A stretch of DNA of 64,000 nt from Planctomycetota bacterium (lineage in GTDB: Bacteria; Planctomycetota; PLA2; JAEUHO01): positions 480,001 through 544,000 of the forward strand of contig CBDCTJ010000001.1 in NCBI GenBank assembly GCA_965222115.1, read 5' to 3'. The notes below the pieces were generated by a model. It was not told the DNA's origin. It was given only the letters and a program-made list of their open reading frames with translations, and ran no database searches. A program made the position numbers and the translations under genes. Shown piece by piece: positions 38,424 through 48,929 of this stretch (position 1 is its first letter; each line of letters opens with the position of its first letter).

Positions 38424-39641
38424 TCACGCCGATGAGGCGCCTCGGGGCAAAATCCAGAGCCCTAAGACGAAGAAAATGGCCACGGCGGCCACCGCGGGAC
38501 GCTGACTGCCCGCCCAGGCCGAGAGTCCACCAAAAAGCAGTGGTCCGGCCACGGATCCGCTGCGTCCGCACAGCGCGTACAGACCGAAATACTCTGCCTC
38601 CCGACCCTGCGGTGTGAGTCGCGCCATCTCCGCCCGCGATGTGGCTTGGATGGCACCGAGGCCCAGGCCGGCCAGCGCCGAAACCACAAAGAATGCCGGC
38701 TTGTTGGTTGCGAAAAACGCACCCACAACCACGCCCAACCACCAAATCAGTAGTACGCGCAACACGGGACGGGGACCGAATTGATCGGCAGGTCTCGCCG
38801 CAAGGTGGGCGCCAACCAATGCAGTGACCTGAACGAGTGCCCAGAGGATGACATTCTCCGTCATCGAAAAGCCAAGCGTGTGTGCGGCGTATACCGCCGC
38901 AAAGTGAACGGCGGTTGTGACGCCGTCCATGTAGCAAAAGTACGCGCATAAGAACCGACGCAGATCCGGTACACGCCACACGTGGCGAATGGTTGACAGC
39001 GTTGCGCGCATGCCTTGCATCCCCGCACGTATGGCTACGCCCGACGTTGGTTCGTCGGCCGGCATGTGTCGAAGCATGGGAATTGCGGCGAGCGCCCATT
39101 GCAGCGCCAACGCGATCCAGATCCAGGTGAGCAGTCCATTCGAAGCGAGCGGCGCGGCGATCCCGAGTGCAACCAACGACCCGACATAGCCTACGGAAAA
39201 GCCACGCGCCGACAGGCGACCCAAGCGATCTCGCGTGGTGAGCTCGGGCAAGTATGCGTTGTAAAAAACGGCGGCGGCTTCATAGGCGTAGTTGGCGAGA
39301 AGCGCGATCACGAAGCCGAAGATCGCCATGCCCGGCTTCACGAACGAAAACAGGAGCACGCAGCCAATCGCAATCGCAGTGAAGATCAGCCACAGTCGTT
39401 TCCGACGGCCCGATGCATCGGCAATGCCGCCCAAGAATGGCGCGGTGATAGCGACAAGCGTCATCGAAACGGCGATGAGCACACCCAACCACGCACTTCC
39501 CTCCGTACCCCCCACCACATGCCTGGTGAAATAGGTCGCGAAGATCGACGGAAAGAGCACGGCGTAGGCGGAGTTGCCAAAGTCGTAGGAACACCACGCC
39601 TTGGCTTGGGCGCTCCAGCGCGGTGTCGCGGCGTCCTTCAT
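38424..39641 (-). CDS. MFS transporter, UMF1/ATG22-like
   Basis: 'WCSYDFGNSAY', 'FYNAYLPEL', 'YMDGV', 'EYFGLY'. Confidence 0.9.
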   Translation of the reverse strand: MKDAATPRWSAQAKAWCSYDFGNSAYAVLFPSIFATYFTRHVVGGTEGSAWLGVLIAVSMTLVAITAPFLGGIADASGRRKRLWLIFTAIAIGCVLLFSFVKPGMAIFGFVIALLANYAYEAAAVFYNAYLPELTTRDRLGRLSARGFSVGYVGSLVALGIAAPLASNGLLTWIWIALALQWALAAIPMLRHMPADEPTSGVAIRAGMQGMRATLSTIRHVWRVPDLRRFLCAYFCYMDGVTTAVHFAAVYAAHTLGFSMTENVILWALVQVTALVGAHLAARPADQFGPRPVLRVLLIWWLGVVVGAFFATNKPAFFVVSALAGLGLGAIQATSRAEMARLTPQGREAEYFGLYALCGRSGSVAGPLLFGGLSAWAGSQRPAVAAVAIFFVLGLWILPRGASSA

Positions 39642-39852
39642 GGACCAACCCACGTGCCCGCCGAATCCAAGGAACATGCGAAATCGCCCCTCAAGGCAGT
39701 GATGCCTGGATGGGGCAGGTGCACCTGAACGCAGTACGATTGGGGGTCTGGCATGCCGATTAGGATCATTCAAGCCTGCGCTGACCGAGGAGTCGGAAGG
39801 CGACAGTGCCCATGCAAACTACCAACGCGACCCTCGAGGAGATGCATTCGCC

Positions 39853-40908
39853 ATGACGAATTCGATTTGCAGCCGCGGCGGCAACTATCGCGACGAATTG
39901 ATGGCCACGGCAAAGGCAATGGTAGCACCGGGCAAAGGCATTCTCGCTGCCGACGAAAGCACACCCACCATCAAGAAGCGCTTTGACAGCATTGGCGTGG
40001 AGTCCACCGAGACGAACCGCCGCGACTATCGCCAACTGCTGTTTACCACCGACGGTGCCGCCGACAACATCAGTGGCGTCATCCTCTTTGACGAGACGCT
40101 TCGCCAATCTGCAGCCGACGGCACGCCCTTCGTCAGGTTGCTGGGCAGCAAGGGCATGATCCCCGGCATCAAAGTCGACAAAGGCGCCAAGCCGCTCGCG
40201 GGATGCCCCGGTGAAAAGGTCACCGAAGGACTCGACGGCCTCCTCGATCGCTGCAAGGAGTACTACGAGATTGGCGCTCGCTTTTCCAAGTGGCGCGCGG
40301 TGATCACCATCGGCGACGAGATTCCTTCGCTCGCTTGCTTTGAAGCCAATGCCCACGCGCTGGCGCGTTACGCTGCGATCTCCCAAGCCGCAGGACTTGT
40401 GCCCATCGTTGAGCCGGAAGTGTTGATGGATGGATCCCACACCATCGAACGCTGCGAAGAGGTCACGTCCAAAGTTCTCGGACTCGTATTCCGCGAACTC
40501 GATGCGCAAAACGTATTGCTCGAAGGCATCGTGCTTAAGCCCAATATGGTGATTTCTGGCACCGACTGCAAGACTCAGGCCTCCGTAGACGACGTCGCCG
40601 CCGCCACCGTCCGCTGTCTCAAGCGGTACGTCCCGGGCGCCGTACCCGGCATTGCATTTCTTTCGGGTGGTCAAACCGAAGAACAAGCAAGCGCCCACCT
40701 CAGTGCCATGAATCGCATCCCCGGCCTTCCGTGGGAACTCAGCTTCTCCTATGGACGCGCGCTCCAAGCCGCGGCCCTCAAAGCGTGGGGTGGCAAAGCC
40801 GAGAATGTTGGCAGCGCACAGAGTGCATTCCGCCATCGCGCGCGGTGCAATGGCAAAGCACGCGACGGGAGCTACACCCCCGACATGGAGAAGGAAGCGG
40901 TTGCGTAG
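39853..40908 (+). CDS. Fructose-bisphosphate aldolase class I (eukaryote-like glycolytic family)
   Basis: GKGILAADES, PGIKVDKG, KWRAV, VPIVEPEV, Schiff-base LKPNMV, SFSYGRALQ. Confidence 0.96.
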   Translation: MTNSICSRGGNYRDELMATAKAMVAPGKGILAADESTPTIKKRFDSIGVESTETNRRDYRQLLFTTDGAADNISGVILFDETLRQSAADGTPFVRLLGSKGMIPGIKVDKGAKPLAGCPGEKVTEGLDGLLDRCKEYYEIGARFSKWRAVITIGDEIPSLACFEANAHALARYAAISQAAGLVPIVEPEVLMDGSHTIERCEEVTSKVLGLVFRELDAQNVLLEGIVLKPNMVISGTDCKTQASVDDVAAATVRCLKRYVPGAVPGIAFLSGGQTEEQASAHLSAMNRIPGLPWELSFSYGRALQAAALKAWGGKAENVGSAQSAFRHRARCNGKARDGSYTPDMEKEAVA

Positions 40909-41303
40909 GCGTTGAAGGCGACGAGGACATGCTTCGGGTCTAAAGCGGCTCATCTCACGCAGAGGCGCTACGTTGCGGAGGCGCCCTTCGATGCGCACGG
41001 CGCGAATCTTTGATTCGCTAGTGCTTACTCAGGATCTCTGATCCAGGAGCCTTCGGCACTGGATCATCGACAGGAACTCATTAGTGCAGGTGAATTGCGG
41101 GTTTCGGGGGCGCGGCTGGAAGAAAAAGCTCACACGAAGAACGCTAAGAATCGAAGCGCAAGCGTGGCAGCACGTGACTTGGCGAATGCGTGTGGAAACT
41201 GGTTTGGAGCGCCAATGGAGAAGAGAAGAAGACTCTCACCAAGATCGCCAAGCGCAGCCGTTGATGTGAAACTCATGTCTATGTGACCTGTCGATGCGGA
41301 TAT

Positions 41304-41407
41304 GGCCCCAACGGGGACAAAGTTGATAGCCCAGGATGAAACTTAGCGGGGCGACGTGAAATCCTGGGTCCAGCATCAACAACAAGATTGGCGCCCTGCA
41401 GGGGCGC
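41304..41407. repeat. REP-like palindromic intergenic element, copy B (inverted relative to A)
   Basis: ggccccaacgggg, atagcccagg...cctgggt and gcgccctgcaggggcgc. Confidence 0.6.
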
Positions 41408-41618
41408 AAGCCGCGAGAGCTAACGATAGAAAAGAAAACGAATCTATATGATGCGAAGACACCTCAAGACGCGTGTCGGAGATTCCGAGGGTCGAAGACC
41501 CGATGGAATCGCAGACCCTGAGTAAGCAAGGTGTGGATCAACGATCCACACCGCGCGCATCGAAGGGCCGAACCACAACTAACGCATGTCGAATTGATGC
41601 AACGGGCTACACCAGAGA

Positions 41619-43121
41619 CTATTCCGTTCCTTGCCGACCCACCGCCAGGATCAAATGCGCGTGCGCGATGTGGAGGTCGCGCAATGCGCGAGCGGCATCG
41701 AGTCGAAAGCGAAGCAAGCGGCGTAGCGCATCGAATACGTCGAGGGGAGATGCACCGCCGGTCGCATAGGATGCGGAAGCGTCTTCGTAGACCTGCTGAG
41801 CTTGCTTGAGCTGCACGTCGTGATAGAGATCGCGCAGGCGGCTCGCCGTTTGGAAGTTACTGTGGGCCTGCTGCACGCGGAACTGAGTCTCATCGCGAAC
41901 GGCCGCTAGCGCGTTTTTTGCTGCGCTGAGAGAATCGCGCATCTCGCGCAGGTAAGCGTCTTTGGTGCCAAACCAGGGATCGGGTTTGATCTTTGGACGC
42001 ACGTCAAACGGCTGCTTGGCTCTTTCGCTCCCTCCCGTGGCGTGCGAGACGCCCGCCATCTCGCTAAGTCCGATGGAGAAGGCCGGATAGGTGCCCAATT
42101 CGCCGAGGGCGATCATTGTCTCCATGCGCGCAAGACGAGCATGGGCCTCGCGGATCTTCGGCTGCGTCACCAGCGACGCGCGGATATAGATGGACGCGTT
42201 CGATTCAATCTGGGGCACCGATGACGGCGTCGGTTCACCAAGCGTGCTCTCAAGCGGAACGTGCATGTGTCTCTTGAGATCAGCCGCCAAGATGCGTCCA
42301 TCGCGCTCCAAGGTCTCTACGCGATTATCGAAGTTGGCGATCTCAACCTGGGCCTGCAAGACGGCGCCCTTCTTGCCGATTCCAGACTCGAATCTGCTCC
42401 GCGCCACCGCCTCCAACTGTTTCGTGTACGCCGCCATATGTCTGAGAATCTGGATGGCCTGCCCAACGTAGATCAGTTTCGCAAAGCCGATTCGCGCCTC
42501 GGTGAGCACACGATGCGTAGTCCCTACGTACCGGGCACGCGCCTCCTCCATCGAGTGTCCCACGAGCGCTGCCTTGAGCTCCAACGTACCGGGGAACGGA
42601 AAGTGCTGATCGAGGCGATCACCGGATAGCGGCATACCGATCTTGGTCATGGAGCTTCGCTGAAAACTCGCGTACTGACCGATGATCGCGTCGAGATAGC
42701 TGACCTGCGCATAGCGATTTTTCGTGGCTTCGAGTTTCTCTCGCGCCGCCGCGATAGCGGGATTGCGCATCCATGCCGCCGTGAGCATCACGTTTTCGTC
42801 AATCGGATTTGACAACGACGCCGGGAACGAAGGCTCTTGCGCTACCTGTTGCATCGCCGAATCGGCGGGAGCACCAACGAATGTCGCAAAGGCCCAATCA
42901 CTGTGGTTCTCAAGCCGTTCATTCCACAACGCAAGCGCGCGCTCCACAACATGAGGACCATTTGGTGTCTCCTCAATGCTCGACGCAGGCAGCGTGGCGC
43001 TACCGTTATCCACAAAATGATCAACGGCGAGAGGACGCGGAACTAGGCGGCGCGCGTGGCACGAGGCGACTACGCATGTCGAGAGCGCCAGCAAGACAAA
43101 CGTTGGCACGCGGTACATCAT
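41619..43121 (-). CDS. TolC-family outer membrane efflux lipoprotein 2
   Basis: Lipobox VASC; 'QHFPFPG', 'RNPAIAAAR', OEP-type helices; ATGA overlap. Confidence 0.85.
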   Translation of the reverse strand: MMYRVPTFVLLALSTCVVASCHARRLVPRPLAVDHFVDNGSATLPASSIEETPNGPHVVERALALWNERLENHSDWAFATFVGAPADSAMQQVAQEPSFPASLSNPIDENVMLTAAWMRNPAIAAAREKLEATKNRYAQVSYLDAIIGQYASFQRSSMTKIGMPLSGDRLDQHFPFPGTLELKAALVGHSMEEARARYVGTTHRVLTEARIGFAKLIYVGQAIQILRHMAAYTKQLEAVARSRFESGIGKKGAVLQAQVEIANFDNRVETLERDGRILAADLKRHMHVPLESTLGEPTPSSVPQIESNASIYIRASLVTQPKIREAHARLARMETMIALGELGTYPAFSIGLSEMAGVSHATGGSERAKQPFDVRPKIKPDPWFGTKDAYLREMRDSLSAAKNALAAVRDETQFRVQQAHSNFQTASRLRDLYHDVQLKQAQQVYEDASASYATGGASPLDVFDALRRLLRFRLDAARALRDLHIAHAHLILAVGRQGTE

Positions 43122-44560
43122 CGTGTGTTCTCCCCACTTCGCCAGGGATTGAGGCTGATTCCAACAAGCTGTTCCAACCGAGCCACCATCTGCTCGTGGT
43201 CCACCAACGCACGTTGTTCGGCGAGCTGGAAGTTCAGCCACACCATGCGCGCTTCCAACAGCCGCCCAAACAGATCGCGACCTGCCTCTTGTCGCGCTTC
43301 GGCAATGTTGAGCGCCTTCTTTGCCTGGGGGATCAAGGATTCCCGATACAGACGCACGAGACGCTCCGCGTTTTGAAGTCGAACGAACACCTTGCTGATG
43401 CGCGCGTGAACGCTGTCGGTCTCAGCACGAATGGCGTGCTCCGCTGCGTGCCGGAGATAATGGGCCTCCTCTCGCTTGGCCCGATTTTTGGGACCCCAGA
43501 GCGGGACGGTAAATCCGAGACCAATCCCAACTGCGTCGTCACCTTCGCCGGGCGGCGAGCCGATCGCATTCCCGACAAACGAATATTGAATCCCAAGCGA
43601 AAAGTCGGGCACCGCAGCCAGTCGCGCCAATCGTTCTGCGTGCCTAGCACTATGCAGCTTATGGGTCGCAGCTTGAATTTCTTGCCGCCGATCGTGAGCA
43701 AGGTCGTAGAGCTGCTTCCGCTTCATGTGCAGTCGTCGAAACGGGAGCCGGCCTGTGACGAGAACGGATGCGCTGGGATCCTGGGACAAAATCGTATTGA
43801 TCTTAGTCTCTTCGTTTGCCCGGAGTTCTTCCAACGTCACCTTGTCATAGGCTAACTGTGCCAGAGAGGACTGGGCCTTCAGCGTGTCGAACAGGGAAAG
43901 TGTATCCGGCTCACCTACGCCCGTTGCCCCATACATCGTCGATGCCCGGGTCGCAATGTGAGTAGCAAGCTGCTGATTCTGCTCGACAATTTCAATGGCG
44001 CGACGCAGATAGACGAGCTCCGCGTAACTTACCTTGAGCTCAGCAACGACATCGCGAAGGGCAATGTGGTATTCAAGTTCTTTGACCCGTGCCTGCTCCG
44101 TCGCCATCGCGCCTTTGAGTTTGAGCTTGGCCGGGTAGGGGATGACCTGCCGAAACTGAACGGAACGTTGAAGCGGACCCACACGCGTTTGAATCGGCTC
44201 GATCATTTCCGTGTAGGTGAACATAGGATCAGGAAGCGAACTCACATGTATCGGCCGCGCGCGCGCAGCAAGCCACTTCATCCGCGCTCCCGCCAACCGC
44301 GGATTTCGCCGCGCTGCCGTATGGATCATGCGCGTCAACTCGGAATGATGTGTAGTAACCACCGTCGCGCCTCGTGCGCGATTCGCCGTCGTTGCAATAT
44401 GCGGAGTGCTATCCGCTGGAGCTGAGAAGTGAATGGACGGCAACCACACTTGATTCGTATGAATGCTGCGCTGGCAGCCGTTCGCAAACAACAGAACAAC
44501 TGGCAGCACGGTGGCCCAACGGAGGCATCGACAGATCACGGATGAGTCTCCATAATTCAC
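43118..44560 (-). CDS. TolC-family outer membrane efflux lipoprotein 1 (CusC-like)
   Basis: Lipobox ANGC; 'SLPDPM', 'QVIPYPAKL', 'VPDFSLG', 'TVPLW'. Confidence 0.88.
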   Translation of the reverse strand: MNYGDSSVICRCLRWATVLPVVLLFANGCQRSIHTNQVWLPSIHFSAPADSTPHIATTANRARGATVVTTHHSELTRMIHTAARRNPRLAGARMKWLAARARPIHVSSLPDPMFTYTEMIEPIQTRVGPLQRSVQFRQVIPYPAKLKLKGAMATEQARVKELEYHIALRDVVAELKVSYAELVYLRRAIEIVEQNQQLATHIATRASTMYGATGVGEPDTLSLFDTLKAQSSLAQLAYDKVTLEELRANEETKINTILSQDPSASVLVTGRLPFRRLHMKRKQLYDLAHDRRQEIQAATHKLHSARHAERLARLAAVPDFSLGIQYSFVGNAIGSPPGEGDDAVGIGLGFTVPLWGPKNRAKREEAHYLRHAAEHAIRAETDSVHARISKVFVRLQNAERLVRLYRESLIPQAKKALNIAEARQEAGRDLFGRLLEARMVWLNFQLAEQRALVDHEQMVARLEQLVGISLNPWRSGENTR

Positions 44561-44590
44561 TACTTCGGCGCTTTGCAGCCTGCCCTCGTG

Positions 44591-45361
44591 TCAATTACCT
44601 GAAGCGAGGTATCCGAAGGTCCAGGGCTCACGACGCATGGCCGTTAAGAAGCGCTCAGGATCTTTGCGGAACTTGGCAACGCACGGCGGGCAACAGAATC
44701 CGATACGCTGGCCTCGATAGGTGACGAATCCACCGCTTTTCGTGACGAGCTTGCCCATGACGGGGCACCGTCCATTGACCGTTCCAGCACTTGCGCGCGC
44801 CGTTCGCAACTGCAGCGCAGTAGGGCCGGGACGGTCGTAGGCATACGCCAGAGGATCCTTCTGCATAAGGCGCATGTATCGAGCAGGATTGGCCTCAAAT
44901 TTTGCTTTGCACGGCGGGCAACAGAATTGAATTCGCTGACCCTTGTGAGTGGACGAGCCACCGCCTTGCACGACGGTTTTCCCCATGACGGGACACCGAC
45001 CATTGGCTGCGCCCGCCTGTCGCTTCGCCTTGCGCATCGCCACGACGGATGGAAATCGCGAGATGTACCAGTACTTGGGTGGATTGAGGCGCATGAGATC
45101 CATGTATCGAGCGGGCTCCGCTTGAAATTTGGCGGCACAACCCTTGCAACAAAACGCGACGCGCTCGCCCCCGTAGGTCATCGCACCACCTTCGGTCGTC
45201 ACCAGCCGACTCCTAATCGGACACAACCCATTGACCGAACCCGCCCGTTGCGCCGCGCCTTGAAGTTGCTGTTTCGTGGGTGCAGGATCTTTCGCGTGGG
45301 CCACGGCGCCAGACCAACACATCGCGCAGGCAAGTGCTGAGACATAGAGAAACGTTTTCAT
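44591..45361 (-). CDS. Secreted protein with three tandem YHS/TRASH metal-binding repeats
   Basis: Three copies of NGxCP(I/V)...G.R(I/V).FCCxxC.AKF...P; signal peptide. Confidence 0.82.
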   Translation of the reverse strand: MKTFLYVSALACAMCWSGAVAHAKDPAPTKQQLQGAAQRAGSVNGLCPIRSRLVTTEGGAMTYGGERVAFCCKGCAAKFQAEPARYMDLMRLNPPKYWYISRFPSVVAMRKAKRQAGAANGRCPVMGKTVVQGGGSSTHKGQRIQFCCPPCKAKFEANPARYMRLMQKDPLAYAYDRPGPTALQLRTARASAGTVNGRCPVMGKLVTKSGGFVTYRGQRIGFCCPPCVAKFRKDPERFLTAMRREPWTFGYLASGN

Positions 45362-45363
45362 GG

Positions 45364-48300
45364 TTACGTCCTTTCCATGAGTGGATCAAGTGACTGTCCG
45401 GAATTGGGCGGCAACGCGCTGTCGCCAGAAATTCGTGTGCGCCGAATGCGACGCTCTTCCAGTGCGCAATAGGCCATGGGAACGACGAACCACGTAATGG
45501 CTGCAACGATCATGCCGCCGATGGACGGCACGGCCATGGGCCGCATGACATCGCTACCGCGTCCCTCGGTTAGAAAAATCGGAATCAGAGCGAGAATCGT
45601 CGTCACGCTGGTCATGAGCGCCGGACGGATGCGCTTCTGCCCCGCTTCGAGGACGGCTGCACGCACACCTTCAACGGTCGTGGGCTTTCGCTTGGCGATG
45701 ACCTGTTGAATGTAGGTCCCAATCACAATGCCGTCGTCGGCAGCAATGCCAAAGACGGCGATAAATCCAACCCACACCGCTACCGTGAGATAGGCACCGT
45801 AGTAATCCAGCAAAATAAACCCACCCGATAGCGCGACCGGTATGCCCAAAAACACAATGAGTGAAGGACCGAAACGCCCGAAATGCAGGAAGTGCAAGAG
45901 CAGATTGAGTAGCAAGCAAAGGGGAACCAAAATGGAGAGCCGCTTGGCCGCGCGCACCTGATTTTGATAGCGTCCTCGCCAGTCCCAATACACGCCCTTG
46001 GGCAGCGTAAGTTCCCCACGATCGATCATCGCGCGCAGCGTGGCGTCGGCCTCTTCCACCAGTCCAACCTCGTCACGCCCCTCCGCATTGAACATGACGT
46101 ATCCGACGAGCAGTCCGCCCTCACCACGAATCATGCCCGGCCCGGGTGCCACCGCGAAATCGACGACGTCGGACAGCGGTATGTATGCGCCATCAGCGAT
46201 GGGAACGGGCGTACGGCGAATGGCCTCCATGTCTCCGCGCCAGGCGCGCGCGTACCGCACACGAACGGGATACCGTGCACGACCCTCCACACTCTTTGTT
46301 TGTGGCATGCCTCCAAGCGCGACTTCAATCACGCGTTGCACGTCTTCCACGCGCAGCCCATAACGCGACAGCCGTCTTCGATTGGGGCGAATCTCCAGAT
46401 AGGGCTTGCCCATCAACCGAAGTGCGGTCACGTCGGCGGCACCAGGAACGTTTTTAAGTGCCTGTTCAAACCGCAGGGTTGCTTCTTCAATGGCTTCCGA
46501 CGTAGGCCCAAAGATGCGCTGACCGATGGAAGCCTTGATTCCGGATTGCAACATGACAATGCGGGTTTCAATGGGCTGCAGCCAAGACGGAGCCACACCG
46601 GGAATGTCAGTCTTCTGACGAAGTTCCGCGATGAGCTTCTCGCGTGTCATTCCTGGCCGCCAAAGATGCCGCGGTTTCAAGACGAGAATCGTCTCGACCA
46701 TGCCCACAGGGGCGGGATCCAACGCCGTCTCTGCGCGACCCGCCTTGCCGACCACGCGAACGATCTCGGGCACTTCCATCATGCCGCGGTTTTGCGCCAT
46801 CATGACGTCAATGGATTGATTGAGTGAACCGTGCGGCAAAATGCTCGGCATGAAAAGCAGGCCCCCTTCATCCAAGGGCGGCATGAACTCCTTTCCCACG
46901 CCGGGAAATCGTTCGTAGAGAGCGGCGAGCGGCCGAACGCGTTCGGCCTCCACACCAATTTGATTCAAGGTCCACGCCACGGGAGCAAGCACACGTTTGG
47001 CCCCCAGCCACACCATGGATCCCCACAGCACAAGCAAAATCGGTGCGATGGCGAAGAGGATTTTGTTGCGCAAGATCCAACGCAAGACAGGCGTGTAGAC
47101 GGCAACGACACCACGCGCAACCGCATTGTCTTCAAGCGGCGTCAGCGGTTCGCAGAAGGCCTTAAACGCGAGACCGCCAAACAGTAGCGCCGCGATAAGT
47201 CCCAAAACAGTTGGTTGCACACGCAACACCGAATTCATGAGCGAGCCCGGCGCGGCCATCGCGGCATCGGACCAAAAGTAGATGCAGGCCCCCGCCACCC
47301 CGCCGATAAGTCCAGCAATGAACGCCGCCGGCGAACGGCGCAGTCGACCGGGCTTTAGCACGTAGTGGGCCAGGACAGGCACCAAGGTCATCGACACGAG
47401 CAACGCAGACGCCAAAGCGAACGACTTGGTCCACGCGAGCGGACGAAACAACTTCCCCTCTTGATCCGTAAGCAGAAACACAGGCAAGAAACTCACCACA
47501 GTGGTCGTAATGGCAGTAAACACGGCGCCTGCAACTTCGCAAGAGGCGTTGTGGATGGCCTTACGGCGACTTATCTGTGGGGGTCGCTCAGTAAGATGGC
47601 GGTGGATGTTCTCCGTCATCACAATGCCCATATCCACCATGGTGCCGATGGCGATGGCGATGCCCGCCAAGCTCATGATGTTGGCGTCCACACCAAACAC
47701 GCGCATGGCCACAAAGGAAATCAACACAGCGGTTGGCAGCGTGATTGCCACCAAAACGCTTGATCGAATGTGAAGCAGAAACAACAGGATGACGATGATG
47801 GTGATGAGTGATTCAAACTGCAGCGTTTCAATCAACGTTGCCTGCGTTTCTTCCACGAGCAAGGTGCGGTCGTAGAAAGGGCGCACCACAGCGCCGGCAG
47901 GCAAGCTTGGACGAAGCCGTTCCAAGGCTTCTTTGATGCGTTCAATAACGTGTAGCGGATTGGCGCCGTAGCGCATCGTCACCACGCCCCCGACCAACTC
48001 GCCATGTTCGTCAGCCAACGCGCCGCGACGAAAGGCCGGCCCAAGCGTCACCGTGGCGACATCGCGGATGCGAATGGGAACGTGCTCGCGTTCCAGTATC
48101 ACGGCCTCTTCCAAGTCTGTGAGGTTCTTGATGAAGCCCACACCGCGGATGACGTTTTCGACACCGGCGTGTTCAACCACTTTGGCTCCGACGTCGAGGT
48201 TGGCACGCTTCACTGCGTGGGCCACATGCTGAAGACTCACACGGTGCGCTCGCAAACGAAGCGGATCGACGTCGATCTGATATTCCTGGACGAATCCGCC

Positions 48301-48927
48301 CACCGACGCCACTTCGGCAACACCCTCCACCGTTTGCAACGCGTAACGCACGGTCCAGTCCTGAATCGACCTGAGCGCGGCGAGGTCGTGTGACCCATCA
48401 GGACTTTCAATGGTGTACCAAAACACCTGACCAAGACTGGTGGCATCGGGGCCAAGTGCCGAACGTGCATCGGCGGGCAACTCGCGTTGCGCGACGTTGA
48501 GTCGTTCCAAGACGCGACTGCGCGCCCAGTAGATATCGGTGCCATCTTCAAACACCACATAGATCTGACTAAAGCCAAATCCCGAAATGGACCGCACGTC
48601 GAATACCTGAGGAATGCCTTGCAGAGCTACTGCAAGTGGATAGGTCACTTGGTCTTCCACGTCTTTGGGACTGCGACCGTGCCACGGTGTGTAAACGACG
48701 ACTTGGTTTTCACTGATGTCGGGAATGGCATCCACCGGCACGTCGTCATAGGCATAGAAGCCATAGACCGCCAACCCGGTGATCAAGAGTGCCACCAGCA
48801 TGCGATTGGTGAGCAGCCCGCGGAAGAACCCGCCGAAGTGACCCCCGCCACGCAAATCGCTACCGGATGGATCGTCCGGGTCGGGCGCGGGCGGATTCAA
48901 CCAAGAACGAAACGCAAAACGACCCAT
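45364..48927 (-). CDS. cusA: CusA/CzcA heavy-metal efflux RND permease, Cu(I)/Ag(I) type
   Basis: DAIPDISENQV, GPDATSLG, GIAIAIGTMVD; Met triad context LLFMPS / APVGMVET / IVMLQSG; RPALMTS. Confidence 0.93.
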   Translation of the reverse strand: MGRFAFRSWLNPPAPDPDDPSGSDLRGGGHFGGFFRGLLTNRMLVALLITGLAVYGFYAYDDVPVDAIPDISENQVVVYTPWHGRSPKDVEDQVTYPLAVALQGIPQVFDVRSISGFGFSQIYVVFEDGTDIYWARSRVLERLNVAQRELPADARSALGPDATSLGQVFWYTIESPDGSHDLAALRSIQDWTVRYALQTVEGVAEVASVGGFVQEYQIDVDPLRLRAHRVSLQHVAHAVKRANLDVGAKVVEHAGVENVIRGVGFIKNLTDLEEAVILEREHVPIRIRDVATVTLGPAFRRGALADEHGELVGGVVTMRYGANPLHVIERIKEALERLRPSLPAGAVVRPFYDRTLLVEETQATLIETLQFESLITIIVILLFLLHIRSSVLVAITLPTAVLISFVAMRVFGVDANIMSLAGIAIAIGTMVDMGIVMTENIHRHLTERPPQISRRKAIHNASCEVAGAVFTAITTTVVSFLPVFLLTDQEGKLFRPLAWTKSFALASALLVSMTLVPVLAHYVLKPGRLRRSPAAFIAGLIGGVAGACIYFWSDAAMAAPGSLMNSVLRVQPTVLGLIAALLFGGLAFKAFCEPLTPLEDNAVARGVVAVYTPVLRWILRNKILFAIAPILLVLWGSMVWLGAKRVLAPVAWTLNQIGVEAERVRPLAALYERFPGVGKEFMPPLDEGGLLFMPSILPHGSLNQSIDVMMAQNRGMMEVPEIVRVVGKAGRAETALDPAPVGMVETILVLKPRHLWRPGMTREKLIAELRQKTDIPGVAPSWLQPIETRIVMLQSGIKASIGQRIFGPTSEAIEEATLRFEQALKNVPGAADVTALRLMGKPYLEIRPNRRRLSRYGLRVEDVQRVIEVALGGMPQTKSVEGRARYPVRVRYARAWRGDMEAIRRTPVPIADGAYIPLSDVVDFAVAPGPGMIRGEGGLLVGYVMFNAEGRDEVGLVEEADATLRAMIDRGELTLPKGVYWDWRGRYQNQVRAAKRLSILVPLCLLLNLLLHFLHFGRFGPSLIVFLGIPVALSGGFILLDYYGAYLTVAVWVGFIAVFGIAADDGIVIGTYIQQVIAKRKPTTVEGVRAAVLEAGQKRIRPALMTSVTTILALIPIFLTEGRGSDVMRPMAVPSIGGMIVAAITWFVVPMAYCALEERRIRRTRISGDSALPPNSGQSLDPLMERT

Positions 48928-48929
48928 CG

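Noticed and set aside
39766-40998. 410-aa minus-strand ORF
   Set aside because: Antisense shadow of the aldolase gene caused by GC-rich codon bias; the same applies to 42809..43855, 45964..46827 and many similar ORFs
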